IMG/VR virus record: IMGVR_UViG_3300012983_000032
Location: 1-29,792 of that record
Source of the DNA: a virus
Lineage: Duplodnaviria; Heunggongvirae; Uroviricota; Caudoviricetes
Strand: one strand, 5' to 3'
DNA length: 29,792 nucleotides
Positions 17,182 through 25,503 of this stretch are shown piece after piece (within the stretch, counting starts at the first letter, position 1; the number at the start of each line of letters is the position of its first letter). A program made the position numbers and the translations under genes. The notes under the pieces were generated by a model that had not been told where the DNA came from, did no database searches, and saw only the letters and a list, made by a program, of their open reading frames with translations.

Positions 17182-17577
17182 TTAGCCATACAAACTAATA
17201 TTATTTTCCGTAGAACTTCTTATTAACCTATTATCTTCGTCTAATCCGAAGTTTAATTTAATATTACCCAATTTATTATAAAGTTGGGTAAAACTATACC
17301 ATTGCCAATTTCCTTTTTTATCATCAGCATAGATATCTATTGTATCATGGGACAGATTGAAACAAGCGGTCTGCATAGGTTTTTCCATTGCATATATAGA
17401 AAAATACTGCAACATTTTATTCCCCTTAAACATTGCATTACCTACTGCCCACGAAGTATTAAAATAATATTCTACAAAGTCGTCAGCACTAGAAACGGGA
17501 CTTTCCATAATATCAATTAAAGTTATAAACCCATTTCCTTTTCTTTCCAAAACTTTTAATGCTTTATTGTAAGTCAT
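17182..17577 (-). CDS. Hypothetical protein
   Basis: 131 aa, GAGG RBS, overlaps the upstream MTase stop. Confidence 0.7.
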   Translation of the reverse strand: MTYNKALKVLERKGNGFITLIDIMESPVSSADDFVEYYFNTSWAVGNAMFKGNKMLQYFSIYAMEKPMQTACFNLSHDTIDIYADDKKGNWQWYSFTQLYNKLGNIKLNFGLDEDNRLIRSSTENNISLYG

Positions 17578-18373
17578 TTTGTTTCCTCAAATCTGCTTCA
17601 AGTACTATAGTATCTGCAAAATTATCAAACTTTACAAGAGGCAGTTCAGTAGAAAATCCCTCTGCCCTAAACCTATCTATGCAAGTATTAAAGTACTTTT
17701 CGTCCTTTTCAATTCCTATGAAATTACGGTTAAGTCTTGCACAAGCTACTCCCGCAGAACCACTACCCATACAACTATCAAGTACAGTATCTCCCTCATT
17801 TGTATACGTCTTTATAAAATATTCTGCAGCGGCTATTGGTTTTTGAGTAGGATGAACTGCAGATTTTTGTGTGTCCCACTTAAACTGAATTACGTCTCTT
17901 GGATATCTTTCAGTACTACCACCACCTGAAACGGAGTGTGTTTTACCATAATTTGTGCCGTCGGTGGAGTGTTTAGTAAATGTGTGAACTGGAGTATGAC
18001 CTGTAGTTTTTTGAGGATTATAGGTTGGTAATTTTTTGTAGAAAATTAAAACATTTTCATGGCATTTCATAGGCATACGTTTTGCATTAAGAAATCCCGT
18101 CCCTTTCGTTTTTTCTATAATCCACTCATATCTAAAGTTGTCAGGGTTACTCATAACCAACTGTGCAGAAAAAGGCATTTGACTCCAAAGAGCCACACAC
18201 CCATTATCTTTTAGTATACGGTTATATTCTGCCCATAAGGGTTCTAATGGAATAAGAATATCCCATATGTTTTGAGTTGTTGCATAAGGTAAGTCAGTAT
18301 ATATAAAGTCTACAGACTTATCTTTAATATCTTTCATTATTTTTAAGCAGTCACCATTATAAACTCTTAACAT
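17564..18373 (-). CDS. N4-cytosine/N6-adenine DNA methyltransferase, beta class
   Basis: GDCL, DLPY (motif IV), HPTQKP, VLDSCMGSGS (motif I), GIEKD. Confidence 0.93.
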   Translation of the reverse strand: MLRVYNGDCLKIMKDIKDKSVDFIYTDLPYATTQNIWDILIPLEPLWAEYNRILKDNGCVALWSQMPFSAQLVMSNPDNFRYEWIIEKTKGTGFLNAKRMPMKCHENVLIFYKKLPTYNPQKTTGHTPVHTFTKHSTDGTNYGKTHSVSGGGSTERYPRDVIQFKWDTQKSAVHPTQKPIAAAEYFIKTYTNEGDTVLDSCMGSGSAGVACARLNRNFIGIEKDEKYFNTCIDRFRAEGFSTELPLVKFDNFADTIVLEADLRKQNDLQ

Positions 18374-18374
18374 A

Positions 18375-18875
18375 CTATCTTCTCAATCCAAATGTAATTG
18401 ATTTTGTTCCGTCCTTTTTTATAAATTCCACTTTACCAATTTCACCCTCATCAATAAACTTATAAGTTTCGCCTTTATGGAATTCTTCAAACTCACTTTC
18501 TGGGAAAACAAAACAATCTCTATTAAGAGCATTACCTTGATGAATATTATAGTCAGGAACACCAAGTTTTGCCAATCTTTTTTTAGCAATAGGTACAATA
18601 TTTGCGTCAAGTTCAACCCCAAAAACTCTCTTAGGGTCGGCACCTGCAATAATTGCGGCTGCTAAAAGACCACCAGCCCCACAAGTTGGGTCAAGAATAG
18701 TATCTTCTTTATTAATACTATCAAACTTTTCCAACATTTGAATTGTTAAGGGAGCAGGAGTATAGAACTGACCCAATTTTTGACGTTCTTCTTTTGTTTT
18801 ACCAGCATATTGTTCTGCCTCAAACTCAGCATACTCTTCTTCAATTCTCTTTTTTTGTTCTTCTGTTAATTTCAT
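18375..18875 (-). CDS. N6-methyltransferase-like SAM-binding protein lacking the NPPY catalytic motif
   Basis: GQFYTP, ILDPTCGAGGLL, GVELD, GNAL present; no NPPY/F in 166 aa. Confidence 0.75.
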   Translation of the reverse strand: MKLTEEQKKRIEEEYAEFEAEQYAGKTKEERQKLGQFYTPAPLTIQMLEKFDSINKEDTILDPTCGAGGLLAAAIIAGADPKRVFGVELDANIVPIAKKRLAKLGVPDYNIHQGNALNRDCFVFPESEFEEFHKGETYKFIDEGEIGKVEFIKKDGTKSITFGLRR

Positions 18876-18898
18876 ATAGTATATATTAACCTCCTTTA

Positions 18899-18936
18899 AA
18901 AATCAAAAATGCCCTATTCCCTTAAAGGATAGGGCA
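18899..18936 (-). terminator. Intrinsic terminator after the dnaX-like gene
   Basis: TGCCCTAT...ATAGGGCA stem followed by TTTTTGATTTT on -. Confidence 0.7.
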
Positions 18937-18955
18937 GATATTTAAACTCAAAAAA

Positions 18956-20530
18956 CTAACGTCTGATAATCCTACGACCTACTGTAGGTGGTGTTGTTGA
19001 CTGAGCCTGTGGAGTAACATTTACAGTCTGCATATTATCAAAACTAAGTGCAGACGGTGTTGTAACTGAACTCTTTACCTCTGAGGCAGGCGTTTCTGCT
19101 ACAGTTGAACTAGGTTTTACAGTATTCTCTACAAAATGTGTTTTTGCAGGTGCAACAGTATTTGAAATATTACCCTTGCAGTAGTCTACTACCCTACAAA
19201 CCAAAAGTTTATAGTTAGATGGAGACAAGTTTTCAGTTTCTGCAAATTTAACATACTCGTCCCTCAAGTAAGGGAAGTTCTTATGACTTGCAACTGTTTT
19301 TGACTGTTCAATAAAGTAAGTATCCTCACTATCGTAGTAGTTAGCCTTACCGTCTTTTGGTTTAAGAATACTGAAACCAAAAATCTTTTCAAACTCAGCA
19401 TCTGCAGAATACCACTTTTCAATGGCTTCCTTATTATCTGGGTCGGCAAAGAACTTTTCAATAAATTCTTTCTTAGTTTTACCAATATAGTCTACACCAT
19501 ACTTTCCAACCAAAGATTTTTTTGTGTCTTCGTCGATAGTGTCCAAAATAGTTTTAGATTTCATTGGTTTTGGAATACGTCCAAACAAACGATAACTTTC
19601 TGCGTCAGAAATAACTTTGTATGTCAATGCAAAAAGACTTGCAATAGTATTACCATCACCACACATAAGAGTTTGGAAACTATCATCACAAAGGTCACCG
19701 TTAAGGAGTTCCAAAAGAATCTTATAAAACTCGGATTCATTTGTGAGATGGAAGTAATTTCTAATAGCTTCCTCAGAATACATTTCCATATCAATGCACT
19801 GTTCTAGCATTTGAATAGCATTTCTGTAACTTCCACCAGCACCTTTAGCAATTGCATATAATCCCTCACCCTTAAATGTTCGAGGAAGTTTACTCCAAAG
19901 ACCTTCACCGTCAAGAACGTCTTTCATATAGAACATCAACTCAGTTGGTTCTTCTGGGAGAAACATAAAACGCTGACATCTACCAAGAATTGATTTTGGA
20001 AGAGCAGTACCACCATTATCAGTCATAGTTGTCAAGATAACGTGGCAATGTTCTCTAGGTGCCTCAACAGATTTCAAAATCATTTTCTGAGCATCACCCT
20101 TGAACTCTTGTGCCTCTTCAATAATAACTACCTTTTCCTTGTTACCCAACATAGGCATTTTAAGGAAAGTTTCAAGTTCTTGACCAAAAAGTACATTCTG
20201 CTGCATACCAAGTTCGTCGGCTTTTTGTTTAATAACTGCTGGAACAATCTGTTTAACAGTACGGTTAAACTTCTCTTCCATAATTGCCTTACACTCAATA
20301 CACTCACAACAAGGTTCACCATTTGGACCTGGGTGTTCACACACCAACATCTGTGCAAGAATTTGTGCAATTGTAGTTTTACCACAACCTGTTTCACCAA
20401 TCATTGCAATTGCGGCAGGAAAGGGTTTCCCTTTTAGTCTGATATTTTTGAAATAAGTTTTTATTTCATTACAACCGTGAACCTGTTCAAGGGTTCTAGG
20501 TCTCTTAGAAATACTCCACTGTAACATCAC
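18956..20530 (-). CDS. dnaX: DNA polymerase III gamma/tau-like clamp loader ATPase
   Basis: N-terminal KRPRTLEQVHG, GETGCGKT, Zn module CEHP..PCCECIEC, KVVIIEEAQ, ILGRCQ (SRC-like), GSYRNA. Confidence 0.85.
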   Translation of the reverse strand: MMLQWSISKRPRTLEQVHGCNEIKTYFKNIRLKGKPFPAAIAMIGETGCGKTTIAQILAQMLVCEHPGPNGEPCCECIECKAIMEEKFNRTVKQIVPAVIKQKADELGMQQNVLFGQELETFLKMPMLGNKEKVVIIEEAQEFKGDAQKMILKSVEAPREHCHVILTTMTDNGGTALPKSILGRCQRFMFLPEEPTELMFYMKDVLDGEGLWSKLPRTFKGEGLYAIAKGAGGSYRNAIQMLEQCIDMEMYSEEAIRNYFHLTNESEFYKILLELLNGDLCDDSFQTLMCGDGNTIASLFALTYKVISDAESYRLFGRIPKPMKSKTILDTIDEDTKKSLVGKYGVDYIGKTKKEFIEKFFADPDNKEAIEKWYSADAEFEKIFGFSILKPKDGKANYYDSEDTYFIEQSKTVASHKNFPYLRDEYVKFAETENLSPSNYKLLVCRVVDYCKGNISNTVAPAKTHFVENTVKPSSTVAETPASEVKSSVTTPSALSFDNMQTVNVTPQAQSTTPPTVGRRIIRR

Positions 20531-21781
20531 TATACCTCTTTAATATATTTTGATAAATGTTTAATCAATTCCTCAGTGTCATACCAAGGGCACCTAATAG
20601 TACTCAATGGTTCTGTTACGAAATTTGCTGTGGCTTTCTCATAAAAGTCATAAACATAATAGAAGTCCCAACGTTTACCCATACCACTTGGTGAAATATT
20701 AAAATCCAACAGACCTTTTACAATTGCGTCACGAAGTTTAGAATTCTTGTTGAACTTTGAGTCACCCATTACACAAATACTATCTACAATAGTAGAACCA
20801 ATAGTACAAGATAATGAAACAGTGGCATATGGAGAAAGACCCATATCTACAATTGCTTTAGAAATCCAAGTTCCTACCATTGGTAAAAGGAAGTCTGACG
20901 CATGGAAAGGTTTAATGTAAGAACCACCACCACACTGGCACTGTGTATAAATTGGACCAGCAGACATATTATTAACTGCCAATTTGCGACCTGTCATTGA
21001 CGCGTCAGAATGGTAACCGTGGTTTACATAACGACCTGTACCATTTACTATAATTACAGGGTCTTTTGCTGCAACTGTCTTTTTAATAGTTGTGTAAGCG
21101 TGTTCCCCATAAGTATTAGTAGTAAGTTCTACCCATTCCTTGTAAAAGTTTTTTACAATATTATGAATTTCATTACATTTTGTATCTGCACAAGGAATTG
21201 CTACTGTTACGTGTTCAACAGAAATAGGTGTATATCCGTCATTTTTAACTTCAAGAGTAAATACTACCTTAATATCTGAACCCAAGTAAGTAGTTTGTTT
21301 TGCCTTTTTAAAAAGGAAATCACCAAAACTCTGGGCAAGAAACTTAGCTGCACCCTGCCCTGTTGGGGTCATAGAGTCATAACCTGAGAAGAAAAGACCT
21401 TGGTCATTCCAACCTGACTCTCCTTTCTTATCAGTTGTTGCCCTTGCAATATCAGGGGACTGAGCGTGAATTTTATTGATAATTTTTGTATCTTTTGCAA
21501 GATGTACTTGTTCTTTTGAAAACCTTAGTCTTTTATCGTCTGTATACCCACAGTCATTAAAAGACTCCTTTAAAACTTGTTTCAAGAACTTTTTATTAAG
21601 TTTAAGAGTTGTTTTTGCCTCACCACCAAAGATAATAGTGTCGTCACTAGCAAAAACTTCAATAGCCGCATGACTGTTTTCTTTGTCGTTATGCTGAATT
21701 CTGTTAATAAGATTTGCCGCAATCGAATCACACATGCGGTCAGGGATGACCCAAAGTTACGTATTCCGAACTTATGAGCAT
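20530..21781 (-). CDS. metK: S-adenosylmethionine synthetase, requiring a +1 frameshift at codon 13 (21745-21740)
   Basis: GGAGG RBS, ATG 21781, MLISSEYVTLGHP then TGA; the +1 frame continues DRMCDSI. Also GGE, QSPDIA, DQG, GSDIK, VNGTGRY, MTGRKL, GGGS. The ORF track misses the first 15 codons. Confidence 0.9.
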
Positions 21782-22204
21782 GAAAACCTCCTAAAGTATT
21801 ATAAATTTTTCAAAAAATCTGACATATATATTATATGATTTCATTTCTTTTGATGTAATTATATTAACATATTTACTTAAGAAAATATAACATCAAATTT
21901 TTCTTGTAAACTTATGAAATATTAACATTAATATTAAAAACACAAAATAAATTTGTGTTAATATATATTGGTCGGGATTTTGTCCTATAGAAATGCTATA
22001 TTATATGTAGTTGAAAAGAGTTGAGACACGTATCGGTTTAGTGGTTCAACTCCCACCATTACTTATAATTTTTTTGCCAAAATTGGCAAATTATCACATA
22101 AGTATATTAGCGAGTCAATAAAAATCCGAAAAACCTCAAGTTTTTCGGGATTTTATCCGATAAGTAGGCTATATTAAATATACAACATTTGGAGGTATTA
22201 AATT
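21782..22204. promoter_or_regulatory. Divergent control region between the - strand DNA metabolism block and the + strand sigma block
   Basis: About 420 nt non-coding and very AT-rich; GTTAATAT motifs in both directions; palindrome at 22073-22090; hairpin at 22121-22154. Confidence 0.6.
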
Positions 22205-22999
22205 ATGAACACTATTAACACAAACACAACAAACGTATCTGAAGAATACAAACTTCTCGTTGCAGTAAAGACTGGTACACCTGAAGAAAGAAAAAAGGCA
22301 CTTGACACTTTCTGGAAGAAATATCAACCTCTTATTTTCAAATTCAAAGGTCAACTTTTTAATATTGCAAAAGAAAATCATATTTCAAGAGACTATGTTG
22401 CTCCTCTTTTAGATGACTATGAATATGGTTTTGCAGAAGATTTTATGAACGCAGTTAACACACAAGACTTGGCACGTCTTGACCATTTGAAAGAAACTTG
22501 GTCAATTCATTATACTATGTCTGGTTACCTTAAACGTTACAATACAAAACTTATTGGTCATAGTGTAAAACTTCACAAAAATGAAATTTCGGGTGACAAG
22601 ATTTATTCAAATACTAAATCTGCTGGTGATGAAGATGGTGTTTCTTTGTTCGATACATATGAAGATAACTCATATAATCCTGAAAAAGTTTACAATCACA
22701 ATATGGAAAGTAAAATATTGAAAATGGCATTTAAAAAAGCTTATAAAAGATTTAATGACGTACAGAAATCTATTTGGGACACATCTATTCAAAATATTTC
22801 AGATAATTCTGTAAAAATTTTTGAAAGAGACTGGTATAAAGGTACATCAAATCGTGTAAATGCAAAGAAACATGAAGTTTCTAGTGCTCTTAGTCTTTCA
22901 ACAAAAGACTTGAATAGCAACCTCAGAACAATGAAACAGATTGTTTCTTCTGAAATCCGTCGTGCAAACAAAGAATTTAATGCTTCTGTTGTTTGGTAG
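22205..22999 (+). CDS. Sigma-70-like factor (regions 2 and 4)
   Basis: ALDTFWKKYQPLIFK (region 2-like), RFNDVQKSIW and EVSSALSLSTKDLNSNLRTMKQIV (region 4 HTH-like); GGAGG RBS. Confidence 0.65.
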   Translation: MNTINTNTTNVSEEYKLLVAVKTGTPEERKKALDTFWKKYQPLIFKFKGQLFNIAKENHISRDYVAPLLDDYEYGFAEDFMNAVNTQDLARLDHLKETWSIHYTMSGYLKRYNTKLIGHSVKLHKNEISGDKIYSNTKSAGDEDGVSLFDTYEDNSYNPEKVYNHNMESKILKMAFKKAYKRFNDVQKSIWDTSIQNISDNSVKIFERDWYKGTSNRVNAKKHEVSSALSLSTKDLNSNLRTMKQIVSSEIRRANKEFNASVVW

Positions 23000-23009
23000 G
23001 AGGCAGTAT

Positions 23010-23237
23010 ATGGCAAAATTTATCAGAACAATTATTAAAAAGTTTGAACCTAAAAAAGGTAAACTTACTTTTACTGAGGCAAAGGAATACTTCACAGGGA
23101 AAGAAATTTCCCCTCAAGAGTACCTTTACTATCGTGATGTTTTGATGAACTCAATGAAGAAACAGGACTACAAACACCTATTTGATTGTTTGAAACAAAA
23201 AACTAACTCTTCTGTATATGAGTTCAAAGAGGTATAA
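23010..23237 (+). CDS. Hypothetical protein
   Basis: GGAGG RBS before ATG 23010 (track start 22941 is upstream of it). Confidence 0.7.
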   Translation: MAKFIRTIIKKFEPKKGKLTFTEAKEYFTGKEISPQEYLYYRDVLMNSMKKQDYKHLFDCLKQKTNSSVYEFKEV

Positions 23238-23238
23238 T

Positions 23239-23598
23239 ATGAGTAGAAAGTCAATTTTTTTACTTTTGGCTGCCAGTTTTATATTTCTTATAGTACTTTG
23301 GGGTGGCATTGTGTTTCAAAAAGATAAAATTGTCATAGGCTTAATAGATATTGAATGTGATAATTGTGAGTATGAGCGTCTTGATAATAAAATAGAACCA
23401 TATTGTTCAAATTGTGGTAAACACTTCAAGGATTGTAAGGTAGACTTAAATTCTACAATTATAATATATTACTGCCCATTCTGTAAGGAAGTAGCTTCAA
23501 TCAGAGATACTTATTGTGGCCACTGTGGTGAAAGTCTTGAAGAAGTTAATGAAAGAGTCATTTCCAATCTAAAAAGTGATGAGTTAAAATATAAATAG
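23239..23598 (+). CDS. Membrane-anchored double zinc-ribbon protein
   Basis: N-terminal TM helix; CDNC, CSNCG, CPFC, CGHCG; GAGG RBS before ATG 23239. Confidence 0.75.
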   Translation: MSRKSIFLLLAASFIFLIVLWGGIVFQKDKIVIGLIDIECDNCEYERLDNKIEPYCSNCGKHFKDCKVDLNSTIIIYYCPFCKEVASIRDTYCGHCGESLEEVNERVISNLKSDELKYK

Positions 23599-23609
23599 GA
23601 GGAATAGAT

Positions 23610-23957
23610 ATGTACAAAGTAACACAGTCAGTTAAAATTGGTAATCTTAATGGCAAAGTTATTAAAGGTATCGGTAAAGGTACTTGGAATTTTGTTAAGA
23701 AAAAAGTATCAATGTTTTGTGTAATTACAAAGGTTTCTTACACTGTTGAATATGACAATAAGGATGCCTTTGAATCAGACAGACTAAACTTCCAAAATGA
23801 CTTTCTTAAAGGTTTGGCATCCATTGGATATGACGAGAATAATAAGAATTTCAAGTCTCTCAAAATTGAAATCTCTCTTCCAAAAGAAAAAGAAAACGAA
23901 CCAGAAGAAGAACCTATGACTTTTAAGAAATGGCAAGAAAGTAGAAAAAATAAATAG
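23610..23957 (+). CDS. Hypothetical protein
   Basis: 115 aa, GGAGG RBS. Confidence 0.8.
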   Translation: MYKVTQSVKIGNLNGKVIKGIGKGTWNFVKKKVSMFCVITKVSYTVEYDNKDAFESDRLNFQNDFLKGLASIGYDENNKNFKSLKIEISLPKEKENEPEEEPMTFKKWQESRKNK

Positions 23958-23973
23958 TTCCAACTTTAATTTC

Positions 23974-24003
23974 AAGACCTATGTAAATACATAGGTCTTT
24001 TTT
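23974..24003 (+). terminator. Intrinsic terminator
   Basis: AAGACCTATGTA/TACATAGGTCTT inverted repeat plus T-run. Confidence 0.8.
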
Positions 24004-24036
24004 ATAGTGAAGTACCTTTAATATACTAATTATATT

Positions 24037-25002
24037 ATGATTAGATTAACTGAAAATATTAAGAGTGACCTTGATAGATGGGATAAGATAGGATATATCA
24101 TTATTTCTGCAAGTATTTCTGCTACAGAAACTTTACCAAAACTAGACGCAGACGGCAATGAAATACCAGGTGAAGTAGAAACTGATGAAAATGGTGAACC
24201 AATTCATTATCTTACTGACCAATACATTCACTCACAAGAAGTAATTTATGGTGACGGCAAAGGTATGGATAATGGATATCGTACTAATACCCTTAAAAAA
24301 GAAATTCAACACAGTGGATTTAGCTTTAAAAGAGTTTGGGGTGTTTATATGGGGGACTCTGAAGACTCATTTATGATTTTCCCTATTAAAATGGTAAACG
24401 GTAAAATGGAAAAAGTCCCATTTGAAGAACTTTATGAATTTGGAAAAAAATTGGTAGGTGAGTTTACACAATATTCCGTTCACGTTCATAAACCAGGAAC
24501 AGGACACGGTGAAGTTACAAATGATAACTACAAAGGTGAAGAAGACGACCATTTTGAAAATACTAGACCGTCTACAGAAGAAGACGACTTTAGAACTTCA
24601 ACAGTAAATCCTAAAAAACCTTCTGCATTAGACCATAGTTTTTCTACAGATTATATTGACTCAGAAACTAACCATAAATTGATAGACCGTTCTTTTTTAG
24701 AGAGTCTATTTGCAGATATCTATGAAAAGGCATACCATGAAAATGTATGTGCTGGTACTGGTGCTGGCAGCATAAGTTCTTTTGCACCTGAACATATGAG
24801 AGGATTATATGTTGCTGGTTCTGGTGGTGGATATGGTCTTCAAACAGACGGTGGAAAAGTTGATAAAGACTCTACTCCAAGACCACAAAAAATTAAATAT
24901 GCTAAAGACTGTAAAGTAAAAGACGGTGAAAGCTATTTAATGAAAGAAAATGAATTAAATAAAGTTTTTGAAGAAATATTAAAAGTTTCAGATAACTGTT
25001 AA
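24037..25002 (+). CDS. DUF3293-like domain protein, possible internal head protein
   Basis: YIIISAS...LKKEIQHSGFSFKRVWGVY...EDSFMI...LYEFGKKL..EFTQYSV pattern; CTAATTA just before ATG. Confidence 0.5.
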   Translation: MIRLTENIKSDLDRWDKIGYIIISASISATETLPKLDADGNEIPGEVETDENGEPIHYLTDQYIHSQEVIYGDGKGMDNGYRTNTLKKEIQHSGFSFKRVWGVYMGDSEDSFMIFPIKMVNGKMEKVPFEELYEFGKKLVGEFTQYSVHVHKPGTGHGEVTNDNYKGEEDDHFENTRPSTEEDDFRTSTVNPKKPSALDHSFSTDYIDSETNHKLIDRSFLESLFADIYEKAYHENVCAGTGAGSISSFAPEHMRGLYVAGSGGGYGLQTDGGKVDKDSTPRPQKIKYAKDCKVKDGESYLMKENELNKVFEEILKVSDNC

Positions 25003-25080
25003 TATAATATATAGGTGAACTGTGTGATTTAGCTCCAACTTGCTGCACAGTTTTTAATTAAATGCTAAAAGGAGAATCTT

Positions 25081-25413
25081 ATGAGAGTAGATTTTTATGA
25101 GAACCGTGAAAAACTATTAAAAGACGGTGTATATTCTTTGTATGAAGATGACAAAATAATACTTTTCCAAAAAGGAAAAGGATATAAGCCTGAATATTTT
25201 CTTTTTGTTACTATAAAAAGTTCTAACGTCACAAAACCTATAAGTGCCCGTTTTTTTTCAGAAAAGTTCATTGACTATTGGAATGAATACCTGGCAGACG
25301 GGAATCAAAAGGAAGATATTAAACTTGAACTAGGTGTAGACTTTATTACACAAGAATCTTATGAAAAATGCTACAAAGAACATATCTGGCCATATACTGA
25401 ATTTTTCGGATAA
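25081..25413 (+). CDS. Hypothetical protein
   Basis: 110 aa, AAGGAG RBS, GTTAATATA at 24998. Confidence 0.8.
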   Translation: MRVDFYENREKLLKDGVYSLYEDDKIILFQKGKGYKPEYFLFVTIKSSNVTKPISARFFSEKFIDYWNEYLADGNQKEDIKLELGVDFITQESYEKCYKEHIWPYTEFFG

Positions 25414-25418
25414 TTCTT

Positions 25419-25447
25419 AAACCACCTTATATTAAAGGTGGTTTTTT
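25419..25447 (+). terminator. Intrinsic terminator
   Basis: AAACCACCTT-atatta-AAGGTGGTTT plus T-run. Confidence 0.8.
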
Positions 25448-25503
25448 CATACCAATACAACCTACGTCTGACCGAATAATTCTCTAATACATACTAATTA
25501 TTT

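Noticed and set aside
21740-21742. TGA recoding (alternative genetic code) to explain the metK stop
   Set aside because: Read-through stays in a frame that hits another TGA within four codons and loses the motif. Other genes read cleanly in the standard code.
22008-22065. tRNA-like 3' end GTGGTTCAACTCCCACCA
   Set aside because: The T-stem is imperfect and there is too little upstream sequence for D and anticodon arms; no cloverleaf.
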